From the sequence record MN871451.1: 64,000 nt of DNA; one strand, written 5' to 3'. The translations under genes and the position numbers were made by a program. Numbering within the stretch: position 1 is the first letter of the stretch; each line of letters opens with the position of its first letter. The notes beneath the pieces are model-generated. The model saw only the letters and a list, made by a program, of their open reading frames with translations. It did not search any database and was not told the DNA's origin. Shown here one piece after another: positions 62,539 through 64,000 of the stretch.

Positions 62539-64000
62539 ATGATCAAAGTGATTGAAACCGAAATTTCTCATAACAAGCGCCTGCGATCCGGGTTGATTGA
62601 GCGTATCCTTTACAAACCAAAAAGTCCTTATCAAATTATCATCGGCCCCAACGGTTTTGGGAAATCTGCACTCTTGGACGAAATCACGGCTTTCCCTTCT
62701 GCGTCTAACATGTTCGATAAAAATGGTTTCTCTCGCCTTTTGTTAGAAACTGATCACGGGTTAATTGAAACGAAAACCATTGTCGGCAGTGATGTTAAAC
62801 ACGAGTTTTGGTTGAACGGGGAAAACCTGAACGATGGCGGAACTTCTACCGTTCAAAAAGATCTGGTGCAGAAATATCTGGCGGTTGATAAACTCTCCGC
62901 GATGATCCAGGCAGGACAGTTCTCATTCTCTGGTGCCGGTGCGGCAAAACGTCAGGAAGTATTAACTGCCTTGGCCGATTCCGATATGTCGTTCGCTAAC
63001 TCATTATTCGGTAAAGCCAGAAAGAAACTGTCACACTCTATCGGTGCAGTTAATGCGCTGGAGGAGTCGTTAGCAGAAAAAGAAACCCAACGAATGTCTG
63101 ACGACGAGAGAGCCACTCTTACCGCTCGTCTGACGGAATACCAAAGTATCGTTACTGAGGTATTAAAGGATTACAATGAGGAGCAAAACCGCAGTCAAGA
63201 CTCCGCCGGAATCCAGTACCAGTGGCAACAATTGCCCCAACAAATAAAAGAAACCTTAAAACAATTACCAGATACCCCGTTAAACGCCACCAATCGCTCT
63301 CTGTGGCTTGAAAAGATCAATAAGCTAAAAGAGTATGTCTTTGGTTTAGAAACGCGTAAGAAGGCATTACAGGAAGAATATGACGAACTGGAACTGATAC
63401 TAAAACGGAATGCTGACGCCAGTGAAGAAAACTTAGCACGGTTGCGTAACGAAGTGAATCATTGGGATCGGCAGTTTCAACAGGCATCACTGGAGAAACT
63501 TTACGCCCCAGAAATGGTCATCGAAGAGACCACTCTGGAAATGGCGTTAGAGCAACTCGCCATGATCTTCCCGGAGTGGTCAAAAACCCTGACGGAAATT
63601 CAACCTGACCCAGAAGGACGGTTTACTCGACAAGGCTACGAAATACTCTTGAATAACCGCCAACGTTTCCAGGAGCATTACAATAGCCTCTCTGCTAAGT
63701 ACGCGCAAACGTTAGAGCAGATTGACCACATCAACCAAGGGAAAGAAGTTCAGTGTCCACAATGTCGTTTTCAGTTTATCCCTGGAGTGTCTTCGGACTC
63801 TCGTCCGCGGTTAACTAAGCAGGCAGAGGAACTCAAGGAGAGCATGATACAGGGTGAAAAGGCCATTGCCGAAAACCAACGGAACATTGAAGAGGTTGAA
63901 CAGTGGTTGTCCCAGTACCGTAATTTGATAGGACTGCGGAACCAAGCCCCTGCCGCCAAAGGTCTTTTTGCTCAATTGGATAAACAAGTCACGTTAAAAG
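62539..64000 (+). CDS. SbcC/Rad50-like SMC ATPase, truncated by the window edge (phiKZ gp165-like)
   Basis: Absent from the ORF track. My translation from ATG 62539 gives MIKVIETEIS..., Walker A IIIGPNGFGKS, a long coiled coil, and in-frame zinc-hook CPQC at 63754-63765. Confidence 0.88.
   Translation, partial: MIKVIETEISHNKRLRSGLIERILYKPKSPYQIIIGPNGFGKSALLDEITAFPSASNMFDKNGFSRLLLETDHGLIETKTIVGSDVKHEFWLNGENLNDGGTSTVQKDLVQKYLAVDKLSAMIQAGQFSFSGAGAAKRQEVLTALADSDMSFANSLFGKARKKLSHSIGAVNALEESLAEKETQRMSDDERATLTARLTEYQSIVTEVLKDYNEEQNRSQDSAGIQYQWQQLPQQIKETLKQLPDTPLNATNRSLWLEKINKLKEYVFGLETRKKALQEEYDELELILKRNADASEENLARLRNEVNHWDRQFQQASLEKLYAPEMVIEETTLEMALEQLAMIFPEWSKTLTEIQPDPEGRFTRQGYEILLNNRQRFQEHYNSLSAKYAQTLEQIDHINQGKEVQCPQCRFQFIPGVSSDSRPRLTKQAEELKESMIQGEKAIAENQRNIEEVEQWLSQYRNLIGLRNQAPAAKGLFAQLDKQVTLK

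Noticed and set aside
1-64000. tRNA, rRNA or nuclear shell (chimallin) and PhuZ tubulin genes
   Set aside because: The intergenic gaps are short and show no cloverleaf, and no ORF here was recognisable as shell or tubulin. Nucleus formation is inferred only from family membership.

Overview
The window is a gene-dense segment of a phiKZ-related jumbo myophage (Chimalliviridae-like; the host and exact phage cannot be determined from sequence alone). Gene order follows the phiKZ core blocks. From left to right: SF2 helicase (cut by the left edge), virion RNA polymerase beta' piece, exonuclease-containing half of a split family-B DNA polymerase, head/inner-body proteins including a tandem paralogue array, baseplate and neck genes, a small accessory patch with a GNAT, DnaB-like helicase, major capsid protein, non-virion RNA polymerase beta piece, portal, baseplate/tail-fibre genes, RuvC, thymidylate kinase, a candidate lysis module, tail fibres, a gpV-like spike, and an SbcC/Rad50 ATPase (cut by the right edge). 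I found no tRNA, rRNA, CRISPR array, intron, intein or mobile element. The most notable features not explained by the gene list are: (1) a fully embedded Rz/Rz1-type spanin pair facing a two-TM holin candidate; (2) a recurrent long perfect hairpin followed closely by the phiKZ late-promoter motif TATG, in some cases pointing antisense into a convergent gene; (3) a large protein with an RGG-like low-complexity insert next to the nvRNAP gene; (4) an L-[DN]-G-L-x-Y-P module repeated across neighbouring tail proteins; (5) a ~400-aa acidic propeptide with internal repeats. phiKZ gene numbers are recalled from gene order and motifs, not from a database search, and need confirming.
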